From: Pseudomonas phage vB_PaeM_USP_25
Strand: one strand, 5' to 3'
DNA length: 62,537 bases
Sequence record: MT491208.1
Shown here: one piece after another, positions 17,801 to 27,326 of the stretch
Layout: every line of letters begins with the position of its first letter
Numbering within the stretch: the first letter of the stretch is position 1
Program-made: the position numbers and the translations under genes
The notes under the pieces: generated by a model
The model's database searches: none
Told to the model about the DNA's origin: nothing
What the model saw: only the letters and a program-made list of their open reading frames with translations

Positions 17801-18922
17801 CGCGTCTTCATCATCGGCGCTGATGACATCCAGCGCGAGGCCGATGAAGGGTACGGAATTGCAGCGCCGTGGCCGGCTGCCGGTGTCCCGAACCTGCTGA
17901 AGGGCTATATCTTCCATGGCATTCCCTTCGGGGACGCTCATAACATGCTGAGGATGGGCCAGCCTTACGTGACGGCCAACACCATTCGTGTTGAGCCTGG
18001 ATACGGCGAGCTTCTGGTGAGCGAGCCAGTCGTGACGCTGAGAGTGAGGACGCTGGAGGCTTCAACGCTTGAAGACACTGAAATCAAGCTCGGCAAGCCG
18101 CGTCTGTCTCCCCACACGATCTATGCCGTACTGGAGGCGAGCGACCAGGCAATTCGCAACCACGATATGCACCTGCAGCGACTGCATCCAGTGAACGACG
18201 GCGCCAGGTTCGGCCGGCCATCGCTAACGCTATACCGTGGGCTTATAAGCCCGAGATCCATAGGGCCGACCAGCCCTATTGGCACCTGGGGTGTAGGAAG
18301 GCCAACCGCTTACAGCCTGCGACGCTACGTCCAGGCGGCCGGCAGCAATATGGCTAGGATGGGGTGGGCGACGATTCCGGGGGTTCAGTCTGTCCTGCTT
18401 GAAGAACCCGTCGAGTCAGTCAGCTGGGGGCGGCCATCGCTTACACGGCCGCCCTATGTGGGACCGCAGACGGTTCGCGCGAATGCGATAGTACCGCCGC
18501 CGCCATCAAGCCCCGTGGTTGATTTCTTCAATAGGGCGGTGCGAGCCTCCGGCTTCCTTGCTCAAGTCATGGGCGCCTCGGGCCAAGGGAGCACTACGAA
18601 CATGCCGCAGAGGCTTTATGTTGGGCCTCGGAAGCCCAACATACCGCATGGCTTCGTGGCGTCCGACTACGGAACCCCCTGGGTTTCCTATCGGGTCCGC
18701 GGACTTTCCGCTGAGGGCTTCGAGTCCTTCCTGAGCGAATACGACTTCCAGAATTTCAAGCACCGCATGCGGGTGACGCGGACCGAGATACCCAAGCCGC
18801 GACTGACTATTGCGCCGGAAGGGTTCGCAGCGCTTGAGACTGGCGCGCCGGATCTGCTGCTGGGCGTCCACTACATCCGACCGGACGGCAACGCCGACCA
18901 ATACCGAAAAGGAGCCTTCTGA
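14885..18922 (+). CDS. large tail protein with degenerate internal repeats (1345 aa)
   Basis: recurrent (R)RY(V/L)..(R)G.......G motifs throughout; located in the tail module. Confidence 0.55.
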   Translation: MPLHAVPLNADWVGAGAYRGGFGRADGSWGLGDRQQVAAPGIHSPGAGLPALKWEQFAAPSAIEGLELGASWVTHPSDYQRRQFVVDGEWAGAGPYTGTIGFVRGSWSDQIVISPGGFASSEFAEPLIFSSQFVAPAGVDSLAAAGQHYALFSWQYAPPQWRLDASWVGRDSYAPPAAATTDGAWSLPSESKQVSLTGWDGLALGFPSLERMLGILSPTGIQPVEIPSHTVANLAAPIRPSGFNAQAFGAAEAWNWRRYVGGRGFVASLYGVAYAQGGVKEIAPKGLIPPPLGTISVINTKADQQAQPKGIAAPPLGAPGVSPRTVWPSGVYGTGAGFPRVQFPPQPSGWQSSTFGYAVVEYKTKLAAPVGIDGFSTGFPAIRDRAITIQHHASPVTALFGDVLVRTLNQALRVQGFDSFIAGDWSEVRSTRRWLVVEGRALSEYGHAAIRNKTPSFAPAGWESLDWGDPDVGWRIRSVTPSGIATPFQQVAQPSLWQTPSLKPAGLAAPAVPSPYIWDARRYVLARGADLSAVGSPTVGFTWRRLTLEGRGVAGAAYGRPWLSHWTRNLPVLGADYLRAGVPWVTPGVRYVEPVAIPEIYMSRHQVGGTRYLGPEGFDAVRWLTRIIPESQEIFPKTFGASYGAPRVIHRTVYLLPLGITTYPEEFMHWGVARTWNLRQIITQNEAEESELRPLPWSQWTLVENRNRPVRAAGFVAGRYGSALVTNAARPVYGIGIPYPALPEYYQAGSVTHAQRWLALDGIEPPPISRWAVAHNKAVPLLASGYVASAFGTAGVVNLRRFYQAQGWASDVFGYAFVAGAIRTLTFEGRYGIQPPVIAMPSVYLSTRYVEPPPIATDQSKLGLPILIMHRNEIIPRWSHSDRVGTEIRVRNVTPEVMTKGRNSEEFGDAFTRLEWRPVDAHGTSMQLFGSARIADRRQSIAVAGRNFMAIGDKITVRRIGQDPVVTQRIDLRVFIIGADDIQREADEGYGIAAPWPAAGVPNLLKGYIFHGIPFGDAHNMLRMGQPYVTANTIRVEPGYGELLVSEPVVTLRVRTLEASTLEDTEIKLGKPRLSPHTIYAVLEASDQAIRNHDMHLQRLHPVNDGARFGRPSLTLYRGLISPRSIGPTSPIGTWGVGRPTAYSLRRYVQAAGSNMARMGWATIPGVQSVLLEEPVESVSWGRPSLTRPPYVGPQTVRANAIVPPPPSSPVVDFFNRAVRASGFLAQVMGASGQGSTTNMPQRLYVGPRKPNIPHGFVASDYGTPWVSYRVRGLSAEGFESFLSEYDFQNFKHRMRVTRTEIPKPRLTIAPEGFAALETGAPDLLLGVHYIRPDGNADQYRKGAF

Positions 18923-20109
18923 TGGCTGACATCCCCCTGATGCCGCTGGCCGGCATGAACAACGTGGCCGAGGACGCTGCCCTGCAGCGCGGGGGCGACG
19001 CTGCGCGCCTGTACGTGCGCGATGCCGTGAATGTGGATCTGACACCAGCGGGCAAGGCTGAGCTGCGCCCCGGCGTGCGGCGCGTCACCGATTCGCCGTA
19101 TCGCAACCTGTGGCAAAGCCCGCTCCACCGCGACACCTTCGCCACGCTTGGCGACCAGTGGGGCCGCGTCGATCCGCTCACCTGGAGCCATGAGCCGCTG
19201 GCGACCGTAGGCGAGGGTCCGGTATCGCATGCGGTGCTCAACAACCAGGTATGTGTGGCGGCGCCGGCCGGGATCTTCACTTTCGATGGCACGACCGCGC
19301 AGCGCCTGACCCTGGATACGCCGGCCGCGCCGCTGGTGCTCTCGGGTGAGGGGTCGTTGACAGAAGGCGCCTATGGTGTGGCCGTGGCATGGCTGCGCGG
19401 ATCGCTGGAGTCGGCGCCGTCACGCCTGGCGACCGCCCATGTTGCCGATGGGGGCAGCCTGGAAATCACGCTGCCGCTGAGCCTGGACTCGACGGTAACG
19501 GGTGCGCGCCTCTACCTGACCAAGCCCAACGGCGGCGAGCTGCTGCGCGAGCAAGACTACCCGCCAGCCGGGACCATCGCCGTTCGCGTGGCGCCAAGCC
19601 TGGGCGCGCCTGCGCAGTTCCAGCACCTGTCACCGATGCCGACGGGCCTGTACCTGGCGTACTGGCGCGGTCGCCTGCTGACCTGCAAGGCCAACGTGCT
19701 GCGCTTCTCCGAGCCGCTGGCCTACCACCTGCACAACGAGCGACACGGCTTCGTGCAGATGCCCCAGCGCATCACCTTTGTGCAGCCGGTCGATGGTGGG
19801 ATATGGGTGGGCCAGGTGGACCATGTGGCATTTCTGTCGGGCAGCTCGCCGGATCAGCTGGCCATGCAGCGCAAGACCGCGCGAACCCCTGTTCCGGGTA
19901 GCGCGATTCTGGTGGATGCCGACACCCTCGGCGGCGAGCTGTCGCAAGGCGGGGGCGCGACGGCGGTCTGGCTGGCCGATAACGGCTACGTCGCCGGCAC
20001 CGCCTCGGGGCAGGTGGTCGAGCTGCAAGCCGGCGCGCTGCGCGGCATTGCTGGCCAGTCGGGCACCTCTGTAGTGCTGGATAGAAGGTTGCTCACCGCA
20101 GTAACCTGA
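18922..20109 (+). CDS. tail protein (395 aa)
   Basis: ATGA overlap with the upstream stop; tail-module position. Confidence 0.5.
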   Translation: MADIPLMPLAGMNNVAEDAALQRGGDAARLYVRDAVNVDLTPAGKAELRPGVRRVTDSPYRNLWQSPLHRDTFATLGDQWGRVDPLTWSHEPLATVGEGPVSHAVLNNQVCVAAPAGIFTFDGTTAQRLTLDTPAAPLVLSGEGSLTEGAYGVAVAWLRGSLESAPSRLATAHVADGGSLEITLPLSLDSTVTGARLYLTKPNGGELLREQDYPPAGTIAVRVAPSLGAPAQFQHLSPMPTGLYLAYWRGRLLTCKANVLRFSEPLAYHLHNERHGFVQMPQRITFVQPVDGGIWVGQVDHVAFLSGSSPDQLAMQRKTARTPVPGSAILVDADTLGGELSQGGGATAVWLADNGYVAGTASGQVVELQAGALRGIAGQSGTSVVLDRRLLTAVT

Positions 20110-20178
20110 GTCACCCCGAGTTACGGGCCATTTTCGCTGCGCATGAGTGCGGCATAGGACACAACAGGAGCACTTCCT

Positions 20179-20760
20179 ATGCACGCACTGCGCAAAGAAT
20201 TGGCCTCGGCCATCCATCGCGAAACCTTCGACGTTACCCCCGAAGGCATCTTCTTTCCCAAGCAGGGCGTCATGGCGTCCGGCGAATACTTCGACCGCAT
20301 CAACGGTGGTGAGTGGGATAGAACCCCAAACCTGATCGTCACCGAAGGTCTGGCACATATCCTCAGCGTCGCCCTGGGCGGCACCGCCAAGCCGGCCGGC
20401 TACTTCCTGGCGCTGTTCTCCGGTGCTGCGGCGCCCGCTGCCAACTGGACCGCCGCCAGCTTCGCCGCTGCCGCGTCGGAGATTGTCAGCCTGACCGAGG
20501 GCTACACCAGCCCGACGCGGCCGGCCTGGACCCCGCCGTCGAGCACCGCGAACAACTCCATCGACAACATGGCAGCGATTGCCAGCGTGACCATGGCAAC
20601 CGCTGGGCAGCTCAACGTCTCCGGCGCGGCGATGCTGACCAACAGCACCCGAGGCGGAACCACCGGCAAGCTGATTTCTGCCACCAAGTACGCGGCGGAT
20701 CGCGTGTTCCAGGACGGCGACACCTACGACATCGGCTACCGACTGAGCCTGACGGTATAA
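20179..20760 (+). CDS. tail protein (193 aa)
   Basis: RBS AGGAG before ATG; Ala/Gly/Thr-rich. Confidence 0.45.
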   Translation: MHALRKELASAIHRETFDVTPEGIFFPKQGVMASGEYFDRINGGEWDRTPNLIVTEGLAHILSVALGGTAKPAGYFLALFSGAAAPAANWTAASFAAAASEIVSLTEGYTSPTRPAWTPPSSTANNSIDNMAAIASVTMATAGQLNVSGAAMLTNSTRGGTTGKLISATKYAADRVFQDGDTYDIGYRLSLTV

Positions 20761-20763
20761 CCG

Positions 20764-23373
20764 ATGCATCAGCCCCGTCCATACGGACTCCACGGCGATC
20801 TCGGCGGGGAGGAAGACGCTGCCGTCGTGGAAGCGCTAGTTAGGCGCCTGACGAACATCAAGGATGCGTCGGGCGTCGGCTCGCTGAAGATGGTTCGCGC
20901 CCTGCCGAGCGGTGCCGTCGCCATCGCGATGGATATGGGCGGCGTGCTGCGCGTCGTTGTTCAAGGCGAGGACGAAGCACCGACGACCGACTTTACCGGT
21001 GTGGCGAACGACAGCATTCCGATGCTGTTCTCCGGCGTCGTCAGGAAAGCAGTGCTCGCGCCGAATGAGGGGCTGGATATCCAACTTACCCGGCAGGCCC
21101 AGCTGCGCATAGGTGGATACGGCGACAAGAAGAAGGCGCCCGTCGCCGAGCGGCAGCGGCTCATGCGCTTTGCCATCGACTACGGCTCGATGCATTCGGA
21201 GTTCCGGCCGAGGAATTCGGGGGCCTTCCTTCATACCCAGTATGCGAAGCTCCGGCCCACCTGGTTCTCCGGCTCGATGGCCACGGTTGTCCAGGTGGCC
21301 GGAGGGTATGGCCGGCAGGACCTGGAGGAACTGCCGGAGTCTCCTGTAGAGCGCGCAACCATGGTGCTGCCGGACGAGGTTCGGCGTAAGGTGGCGCTTG
21401 AGCTGGGCAATTTGCGGCTTCCCGGATACACCGGCATGCCACCCAAGAGCGGGCAGATCCAGTTCGACTACAAGTTCCACCAAACCCATGCGGTGAGCTT
21501 CGACTCGACAGGCAGGCCGTGGCTGGTGCGGGTGAGTTCGCGCGGGGTGTATGCGATGCCGATGCCCATGGTGCCGGCCACCACCGCCAGGGCGTTCCGC
21601 GAGTACATCGAAGAGGTCGGCGACGACGAGATCCTGTGGTTGCTGGACCGCTTCGGAGGCATGCCCTCGGGCGAGGGGTTTCCGGTCGGGGTCGATGCCT
21701 TTGAAGCGTGGCGCCGCGCGGGCGTCATATCCAAGGTGTGCGATACGGGCGACTTCTACCAGCACATCGGCTACGCCACGGCCTGCGGCTGGAGCTTCAA
21801 CACCTTGGGAACCCAGGGCTTCAATACTTGCTACAACTACGACACCGACGGCGTTCAGCTGGGCTTTGCCTACATGCTGAGCTTGCAACTCGGTCCCGCT
21901 CAAGACGGAGGGCGACTGCCCGAGGAATTCGACTTGGAGGACCCGCAGAAGGCGAGACTGCTGGATCGCTACCTGTCGGCGCTGTACAGGGCGCTTGACA
22001 CAAGCTCTAAGAGTGCGGCGATCAAGTACAAGTTGCGCCGTGTTCCGGTCGCGGAGCTGCTGTCGCGCGCGGGCACTGCGGTCGGAAGCAATGCGCCGCT
22101 GAAGGGCGAGGTAGAGCACTGGGACCAGGTGGAGCTGGAGCCAATCGCAGCCCACGGAGGAAGCGTTGCAAGAATCGCAACCGGCAATCTTTGGGCGCCG
22201 GGGCAGGCGAAGTTTCATCCTCAGATCAAGTTCGCCGAGCCTTTCATGGAAGGCTGTGTATCGCATGACTTCTCGCCAGCTGAGCGCGGCGTGGTGCCGA
22301 GCGGCTATATCGTGCGCTGCAACACCATCATGTTCGGCTACTACGTGGGCAACGACCTGAAGGTGGTGAAGTATTTCTATGACCAGCGGCAGTACATGCA
22401 GGAAGCTGAAGATAACTATGACGACTGCATGACCGTGGGCTCATGGGAGCGAACCGAGACGCAGGGCGTTATCTCGCTGCTGGGGCACTTCTACACCTCG
22501 GACATCGACGAGCGCGATGCCAAGGCTCCTATCACGACCGTGACCAAGACCGTTGGGACGGACCTGGGCTACGACACAAAACCACATTTTTCTTTCGACT
22601 ACCACTTCTCAATGGTCGGGACCATGTGGCGCAACCGCTACTACCAGCACGTCGCGAACTCAACCAGGACAGAGGGCTACGGGCTGACGCTGGCGGTGTG
22701 CGCGCCCTTCCTGGAGCGAAATGCGCTTCTGCACGCCAAGCGCGAGAACACGTCAGGTGGAACCACGAGAGAGTCACTCAGCGTTTACTCGATCAGGGAC
22801 CCGAACAGCTACCGATACATGACCTATGACTTTGTGTGGGCCTGGATGGGCGGGGATAGCTCCGGTAATGCTGGAACTGCGCTTAAAGTTTCGCCGTACC
22901 CTGTCCATGGAAACCCGGTATGGGTAACAGGCTACAACTACAACCCCCACCCTTGCTCCGACTTTGCCGATCAAGGCGATTGGGTGGGCGGTTTGCCGCA
23001 GGACTACACCTGGCTTATCCATCCTGTTAGGTCTGAATGGCATCACAGTGGCGGCGGTGGAAGACCGACGGTGAAGGAGTACAGCAGAACTGAGAGAGAT
23101 CCCAGCAAGACGGAAGGCGAGCTGGTGGTTTCGCTCACCGACGTGATTCAGCCGGTCAACAAGGACCCTTCGCAAGGCTACTTTCTTGCATCGCCAAACG
23201 ACTTTGGCGACGTGTTCTATGTGGATGCAACCAAGCTCTGCGCGGGCGAGTCGGTTTACGCGAACGTGAGCGAGGCCGACCCCGAGGCACCAAAGCAACG
23301 CAAGCGCTGGGGTTACACCCGGCTCGCCGACCACAAGTCCGCCCATCACTTCATAGGGGTGATCAATGAGTAA
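20764..23373 (+). CDS. tail fiber or tail spike-like protein (869 aa)
   Basis: large tail-module ORF; C-terminal third (from about 22500) has lower GC and is Trp/Tyr/Asn-rich. Confidence 0.5.
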   Translation: MHQPRPYGLHGDLGGEEDAAVVEALVRRLTNIKDASGVGSLKMVRALPSGAVAIAMDMGGVLRVVVQGEDEAPTTDFTGVANDSIPMLFSGVVRKAVLAPNEGLDIQLTRQAQLRIGGYGDKKKAPVAERQRLMRFAIDYGSMHSEFRPRNSGAFLHTQYAKLRPTWFSGSMATVVQVAGGYGRQDLEELPESPVERATMVLPDEVRRKVALELGNLRLPGYTGMPPKSGQIQFDYKFHQTHAVSFDSTGRPWLVRVSSRGVYAMPMPMVPATTARAFREYIEEVGDDEILWLLDRFGGMPSGEGFPVGVDAFEAWRRAGVISKVCDTGDFYQHIGYATACGWSFNTLGTQGFNTCYNYDTDGVQLGFAYMLSLQLGPAQDGGRLPEEFDLEDPQKARLLDRYLSALYRALDTSSKSAAIKYKLRRVPVAELLSRAGTAVGSNAPLKGEVEHWDQVELEPIAAHGGSVARIATGNLWAPGQAKFHPQIKFAEPFMEGCVSHDFSPAERGVVPSGYIVRCNTIMFGYYVGNDLKVVKYFYDQRQYMQEAEDNYDDCMTVGSWERTETQGVISLLGHFYTSDIDERDAKAPITTVTKTVGTDLGYDTKPHFSFDYHFSMVGTMWRNRYYQHVANSTRTEGYGLTLAVCAPFLERNALLHAKRENTSGGTTRESLSVYSIRDPNSYRYMTYDFVWAWMGGDSSGNAGTALKVSPYPVHGNPVWVTGYNYNPHPCSDFADQGDWVGGLPQDYTWLIHPVRSEWHHSGGGGRPTVKEYSRTERDPSKTEGELVVSLTDVIQPVNKDPSQGYFLASPNDFGDVFYVDATKLCAGESVYANVSEADPEAPKQRKRWGYTRLADHKSAHHFIGVINE

Positions 23374-24520
23374 CTACAGAGACGACACGCAGGAGACGGC
23401 CATCGCCTCCGACTTCACCTGGGCGGGGATGGGAAGCATCACCGAGGAAGTCGCGCGGATCGCGGGCACGCTCGCCTTCGGGCTGGTGGTGATGCACTCC
23501 GCAACCGCCGTCGCGGCCGACGAGGTGATCGACAGCGCCCGGAGCATCATCACCGAGCAGGCCGTGGCCAGCGACACGGTATTTGGCGGCAAGCGCGCGG
23601 TATCCCTGACCGTCGAGCGGGCCACTCCAGCAGGGCGATGGGCGGGCGTGCTGCGGGTGCTGCACCAGGACTCCGCTGCTGCCAGCGATTCGGTGAGCGA
23701 GAGCGTCAGGGCTGCGACTGTGGAGCGCGCGCAGATCAGCGACGAGGTAATCGGCTCGCGCAGTGTCGCGACACTTGTTTCGGAAACCGCACGCGCAAGC
23801 GCCTCGACTTCACAGGTTGTCACCGAGGTTGTCAGCGAGTCGGTCGCGGCAGCGGATCTGTTCACCGGCAAGCTGCGCGCAAAGGTGCTGGCGCTCGATG
23901 CCGCACTGCTGGCGGACGAGGTATTCGGCGGCCAGCAGATCACCGGTCCAGCACTGGCAAGTGCGCGCATCGAAGCGTCCGTGTTCGACCACCTGACCGC
24001 GCGCGATGTCGTGGACGACGGGGCGGTAGTCGAGGAAGGCACCTGGAGCAACCTGCCCGAGGCTGGCCAGGCATGGACGGCGAACGCCGACACCTGGGCA
24101 ATGAGCCGCTACGCACCCTACAGCTTCACCGGCCTAGCGGTAATCGACGGCGCGGCCTACGGGATGGCTGCCGACGGCGTGTATGCGCTCAACGATGACG
24201 CAGAACTGATCGCGGGCAGCCTACAGACGGGGCGACTCGATATCGGCAAGGGCGCCCTGGTGCATCCGCTGGCCGCGTACCTGGAGTACGAGCTGGACGG
24301 CACCGCCGAAATGGATGTCACCACCACGCAGAGCGGCCAGGCGGAAACCTACACCTACACCCTGCCGCAGGAAGTGGCTGGTGAGCTGACCAATGGACGG
24401 TTCGTCTTCGGGCGCGGTCTTCGCGGGCGGCACTTCAGCTTTGCGCTACGTCTCACCGGCACGCACGGCTATATCAATGACTTGAGCGTCAATACGGCGC
24501 CCACGAAAAGGAGAGTGTGA
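23366..24520 (+). CDS. tail protein with short internal repeats (384 aa)
   Basis: repeated D/SEVIGSRSVATLVSE-like segments; overlapping start. Confidence 0.45.
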   Translation: MSNYRDDTQETAIASDFTWAGMGSITEEVARIAGTLAFGLVVMHSATAVAADEVIDSARSIITEQAVASDTVFGGKRAVSLTVERATPAGRWAGVLRVLHQDSAAASDSVSESVRAATVERAQISDEVIGSRSVATLVSETARASASTSQVVTEVVSESVAAADLFTGKLRAKVLALDAALLADEVFGGQQITGPALASARIEASVFDHLTARDVVDDGAVVEEGTWSNLPEAGQAWTANADTWAMSRYAPYSFTGLAVIDGAAYGMAADGVYALNDDAELIAGSLQTGRLDIGKGALVHPLAAYLEYELDGTAEMDVTTTQSGQAETYTYTLPQEVAGELTNGRFVFGRGLRGRHFSFALRLTGTHGYINDLSVNTAPTKRRV

Positions 24521-26412
24521 TGGGTATCGCACCGGATAGCATACTGGGTGTGGCGGTTGATACCGTCACCAGCAAGATCAACGATCTCGACTCGCTGGGT
24601 GATAAGTACGGCGCGCAGTTGAGTGCGGCCCTGGCCAGCATCGGAGCCGTTAAGGTGGGCGAGGTAGCGCCGCCCACTCGCCCCGACGCCCCGATCTCGC
24701 CTACGCCTGCGCTGAATCTTGGTGAGCCGCCGACCTTCTCGCCACCGCCCCTGCGCATGCCGGATGCGCCGGGCGATATCAGCATTGACGATCTGCTGGC
24801 CGATCTCGACGTGGGCGACATGGACAACCTGCCCGAGCCACCCACGCTGATACCGATCAACATCCCCGACGCGCCGAGCATGGCCACGGTCCCGGTGCCG
24901 GTGCGGCCCGCCATCGACAGCACGGTGGAGATTCCCGAGCCGCCCACTATCAGCATGCCGGAAATGGAGGCGCTGGAGCAGATCAGCCTGCCCACCTTCG
25001 AGTTCCCGGAGCTGCCGACGTTCGACGCCACGCCACCGGACGCCAACGGCATCACCGTGCCTGACGTGTTCATCAACTGGGCCGAGCCGGTCTACGAATC
25101 CGAGATCCTGAGCGAGCTGCAAGGAAAGGTATCGACGATGATGGCCGGGGGCACCGGCTTGCCGGCGCCGATTGAGGACGCGCTGTTCAGCCGCGCGCGA
25201 CAACGCGACAGCGCCGAGACGCACCGCGCCGTACAGGAGGCCGTCGATACCTGGGCCGCGCGCGACTTCTCCATGCCGCCTGGCATGCTGGTCAAGCAGG
25301 CCGATGTCATTCGCGAGCAAGGGCGCCTCCGAGCTGCCGAGCTGAACCGCGACATTCTGATCGAGGCGGCGAAGTGGGAGATTGAGAGCCTGCGCTTCGC
25401 GGTGCAGCAGGGCATGGCGCTTGAGCAGTTGACTCAGAACCTGCACAGCAACATGGCGAATCGACTGTTCGAGGTGGCCAAGTTCCAGGCTGAGGCGCAG
25501 ATCAACGTCTTCAACGCGCGGATCTCGCTGTTCAATGCGCAGAACGCGGCCTTCGAGACGCTGGCCAACGTCTACCGGACACGGCTCGATGCGGCGATCT
25601 CCAAACTGACCGCGTACAAAACCGCCATTGAGGGGCAGGTGGCGCTGGGGCAGATCAACCAGCAGCGCGTGGACGTGTTCAAGGCCAAGCTCGATGCGGT
25701 GCAGTCCAACGTAGACGTGTACAAGGCGCTGATGCAGGGCGCGCAGGTGCGAGCGGAGACGATCAAGAACCAGTTCGACGCCTACCGCGCGGACGTTCAA
25801 GCCTTTGCCGAACAGATTGGCGCCGAGAAGGTGAAGTTCGAGGCATACGAGTCGCAGGTCAAGGGCGAGACGGCCAAGGCGGGGATGCTGGACGCGCAGG
25901 CCCGCGCCTACGCTTCCACCATTCAGGGCCTGGCGAGCAAGGCGGACATCAAGGTCAAGGGCGCCCAGCTGAAGATGGATGCCGCGCGCACCAAGGTATC
26001 GAAGTTCCTAGCTGACGTGGATGCGTATAAAGCCAGCCTGCAAGCGGGCCTAAGCGAAGTGCAGTACAGCACCAGCGCTTTCCAGGCACAGGTAGAAGCC
26101 TGGCGGGCGAAGACCAGCGCCTCGGTGGCCGATGCCGAAATGCAGTCGCGGTTTGCCGACATGAACACGCGGACCAACATCGCTTACGCCGAAATGCAGA
26201 TCAGCGAGTACCAGGCCAAGATGCAGAAGGCGATCCAGGAAGCACAGGTAGCGCTGGAGGCCGCGAAAGCGGTGGGGCAGTACACCGCGCAGCTTGCGGC
26301 CGGTGCGATGTCTGCCGCGCACGTCTCTGCCAGTATCAGCGGGTCTGGCTCTGCCAGTTCCTCGGACAGCCGCAGCGAGAGCACCAGCACCAGCCACAAC
26401 TACTCGTACTGA
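24517..26412 (+). CDS. internal virion/ejection protein candidate (coiled-coil, 631 aa)
   Basis: Pro-rich N-terminus, long Ala/Gln coiled-coil C-terminus; positioned after tail genes and before the giant virion protein. Confidence 0.45.
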   Translation: MMGIAPDSILGVAVDTVTSKINDLDSLGDKYGAQLSAALASIGAVKVGEVAPPTRPDAPISPTPALNLGEPPTFSPPPLRMPDAPGDISIDDLLADLDVGDMDNLPEPPTLIPINIPDAPSMATVPVPVRPAIDSTVEIPEPPTISMPEMEALEQISLPTFEFPELPTFDATPPDANGITVPDVFINWAEPVYESEILSELQGKVSTMMAGGTGLPAPIEDALFSRARQRDSAETHRAVQEAVDTWAARDFSMPPGMLVKQADVIREQGRLRAAELNRDILIEAAKWEIESLRFAVQQGMALEQLTQNLHSNMANRLFEVAKFQAEAQINVFNARISLFNAQNAAFETLANVYRTRLDAAISKLTAYKTAIEGQVALGQINQQRVDVFKAKLDAVQSNVDVYKALMQGAQVRAETIKNQFDAYRADVQAFAEQIGAEKVKFEAYESQVKGETAKAGMLDAQARAYASTIQGLASKADIKVKGAQLKMDAARTKVSKFLADVDAYKASLQAGLSEVQYSTSAFQAQVEAWRAKTSASVADAEMQSRFADMNTRTNIAYAEMQISEYQAKMQKAIQEAQVALEAAKAVGQYTAQLAAGAMSAAHVSASISGSGSASSSDSRSESTSTSHNYSY

Positions 26413-26492
26413 CGCGCCCCCTGTAGGGCTGGCCTCGGGTTGGTCTGGTCCGGGACACTTCCCGGCACTAGGCCGACTTCCAGGGGCTTCCC

Positions 26493-27326
26493 ATGTTTGG
26501 ATTCAAGAAGGGCGCGAGCGCCAAAGACGACAAGAAGCCCGCTCCGAGCGGCACCGCAGAGGCGCCGAAGACGCCGGAGAAACCCAAGAACCCAATCGCC
26601 GACTACGCCACTGGCGGCGCGACACGGCGCCGGATGGAGGCGCTGGGCCTGAAGGATGGCGGCCCTGTTCGTGGTCCAGGAACCGGCACCTCAGACGACA
26701 TTGAGGCCGTGGTCCCGGAAGGCAGCTACATCATGCCGGCCGACTCCACCGAGCAGATCGGCGAGCAGAACCTGGCTGGCCTGGGTGCGCCCGTCGATGT
26801 CCGCCTGAGCAACGGCGAATACCAGCTCCCGCCTGAGCAGGTGCATGCCGTGGGCGTGCAGGCGCTTGACCAGATGAAGGACGCCACGCACACCCCCGCC
26901 GATCAGCAGGCGCAGGGCTTCGAGCCTGAAATGTTCTTCGCCGATGGCGGTGAAGTGGAAGATCCGCGCCGCAAGCGCTATGCCGAGCGGGTCGCCCGCT
27001 ACGAAGCGGGCCAGACGCCCGCCAATACCCCCGACCCATCGCTCCCCAATTACGCCAACCGCGCCACGCCCGCGACGAGCGCCCCTGCGCCGAGCGAGCC
27101 GAGCGCGCTGGGTGCCGGATTCAAGGTGCTGGCTGGCGGCGGGGGATGCCTGCTGCGCAAGCGGCCACTCAGCCACCCAGCACGCCCACCGCCGCACCCG
27201 CAGCCGCGCCCGCAAACGCTGCGGCGATGCCTGGCGGTGATCTGCCGAGCGAGCCGCGCGCCAACGACATCACCCGCGTGGGCAACAGCTTCTCCGGCAC
27301 CAACATCGGCCCCGGCTTTACGGTGA
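26493..27326 (+). CDS. virion protein, 5' ORF of a probable frameshifted pair
   Basis: coding-like up to about 27140 and junk-like (R/P-rich) afterwards; the downstream ORF becomes coding-like at the same point. Confidence 0.4.
   Translation: MFGFKKGASAKDDKKPAPSGTAEAPKTPEKPKNPIADYATGGATRRRMEALGLKDGGPVRGPGTGTSDDIEAVVPEGSYIMPADSTEQIGEQNLAGLGAPVDVRLSNGEYQLPPEQVHAVGVQALDQMKDATHTPADQQAQGFEPEMFFADGGEVEDPRRKRYAERVARYEAGQTPANTPDPSLPNYANRATPATSAPAPSEPSALGAGFKVLAGGGGCLLRKRPLSHPARPPPHPQPRPQTLRRCLAVICRASRAPTTSPAWATASPAPTSAPALR

Noticed and set aside
24517-26412. Calling the 631-aa coiled-coil protein a tape-measure protein, which would make this a siphovirus.
   Set aside because: No recognisable major tail tube, sheath or chaperone frameshift pair precedes it. 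Its position, next to the giant ejected protein and the lysis genes, fits podovirus ejection proteins better. Morphology is left open.
27146-27148. ATG 27146 as an independent start of the Gln-rich virion protein.
   Set aside because: No spacer between the G-run and the ATG, and a 180-nt overlap with the upstream ORF whose tail is junk-like. A frameshift fusion is more parsimonious. Both ORFs are kept in the feature list with reduced confidence.
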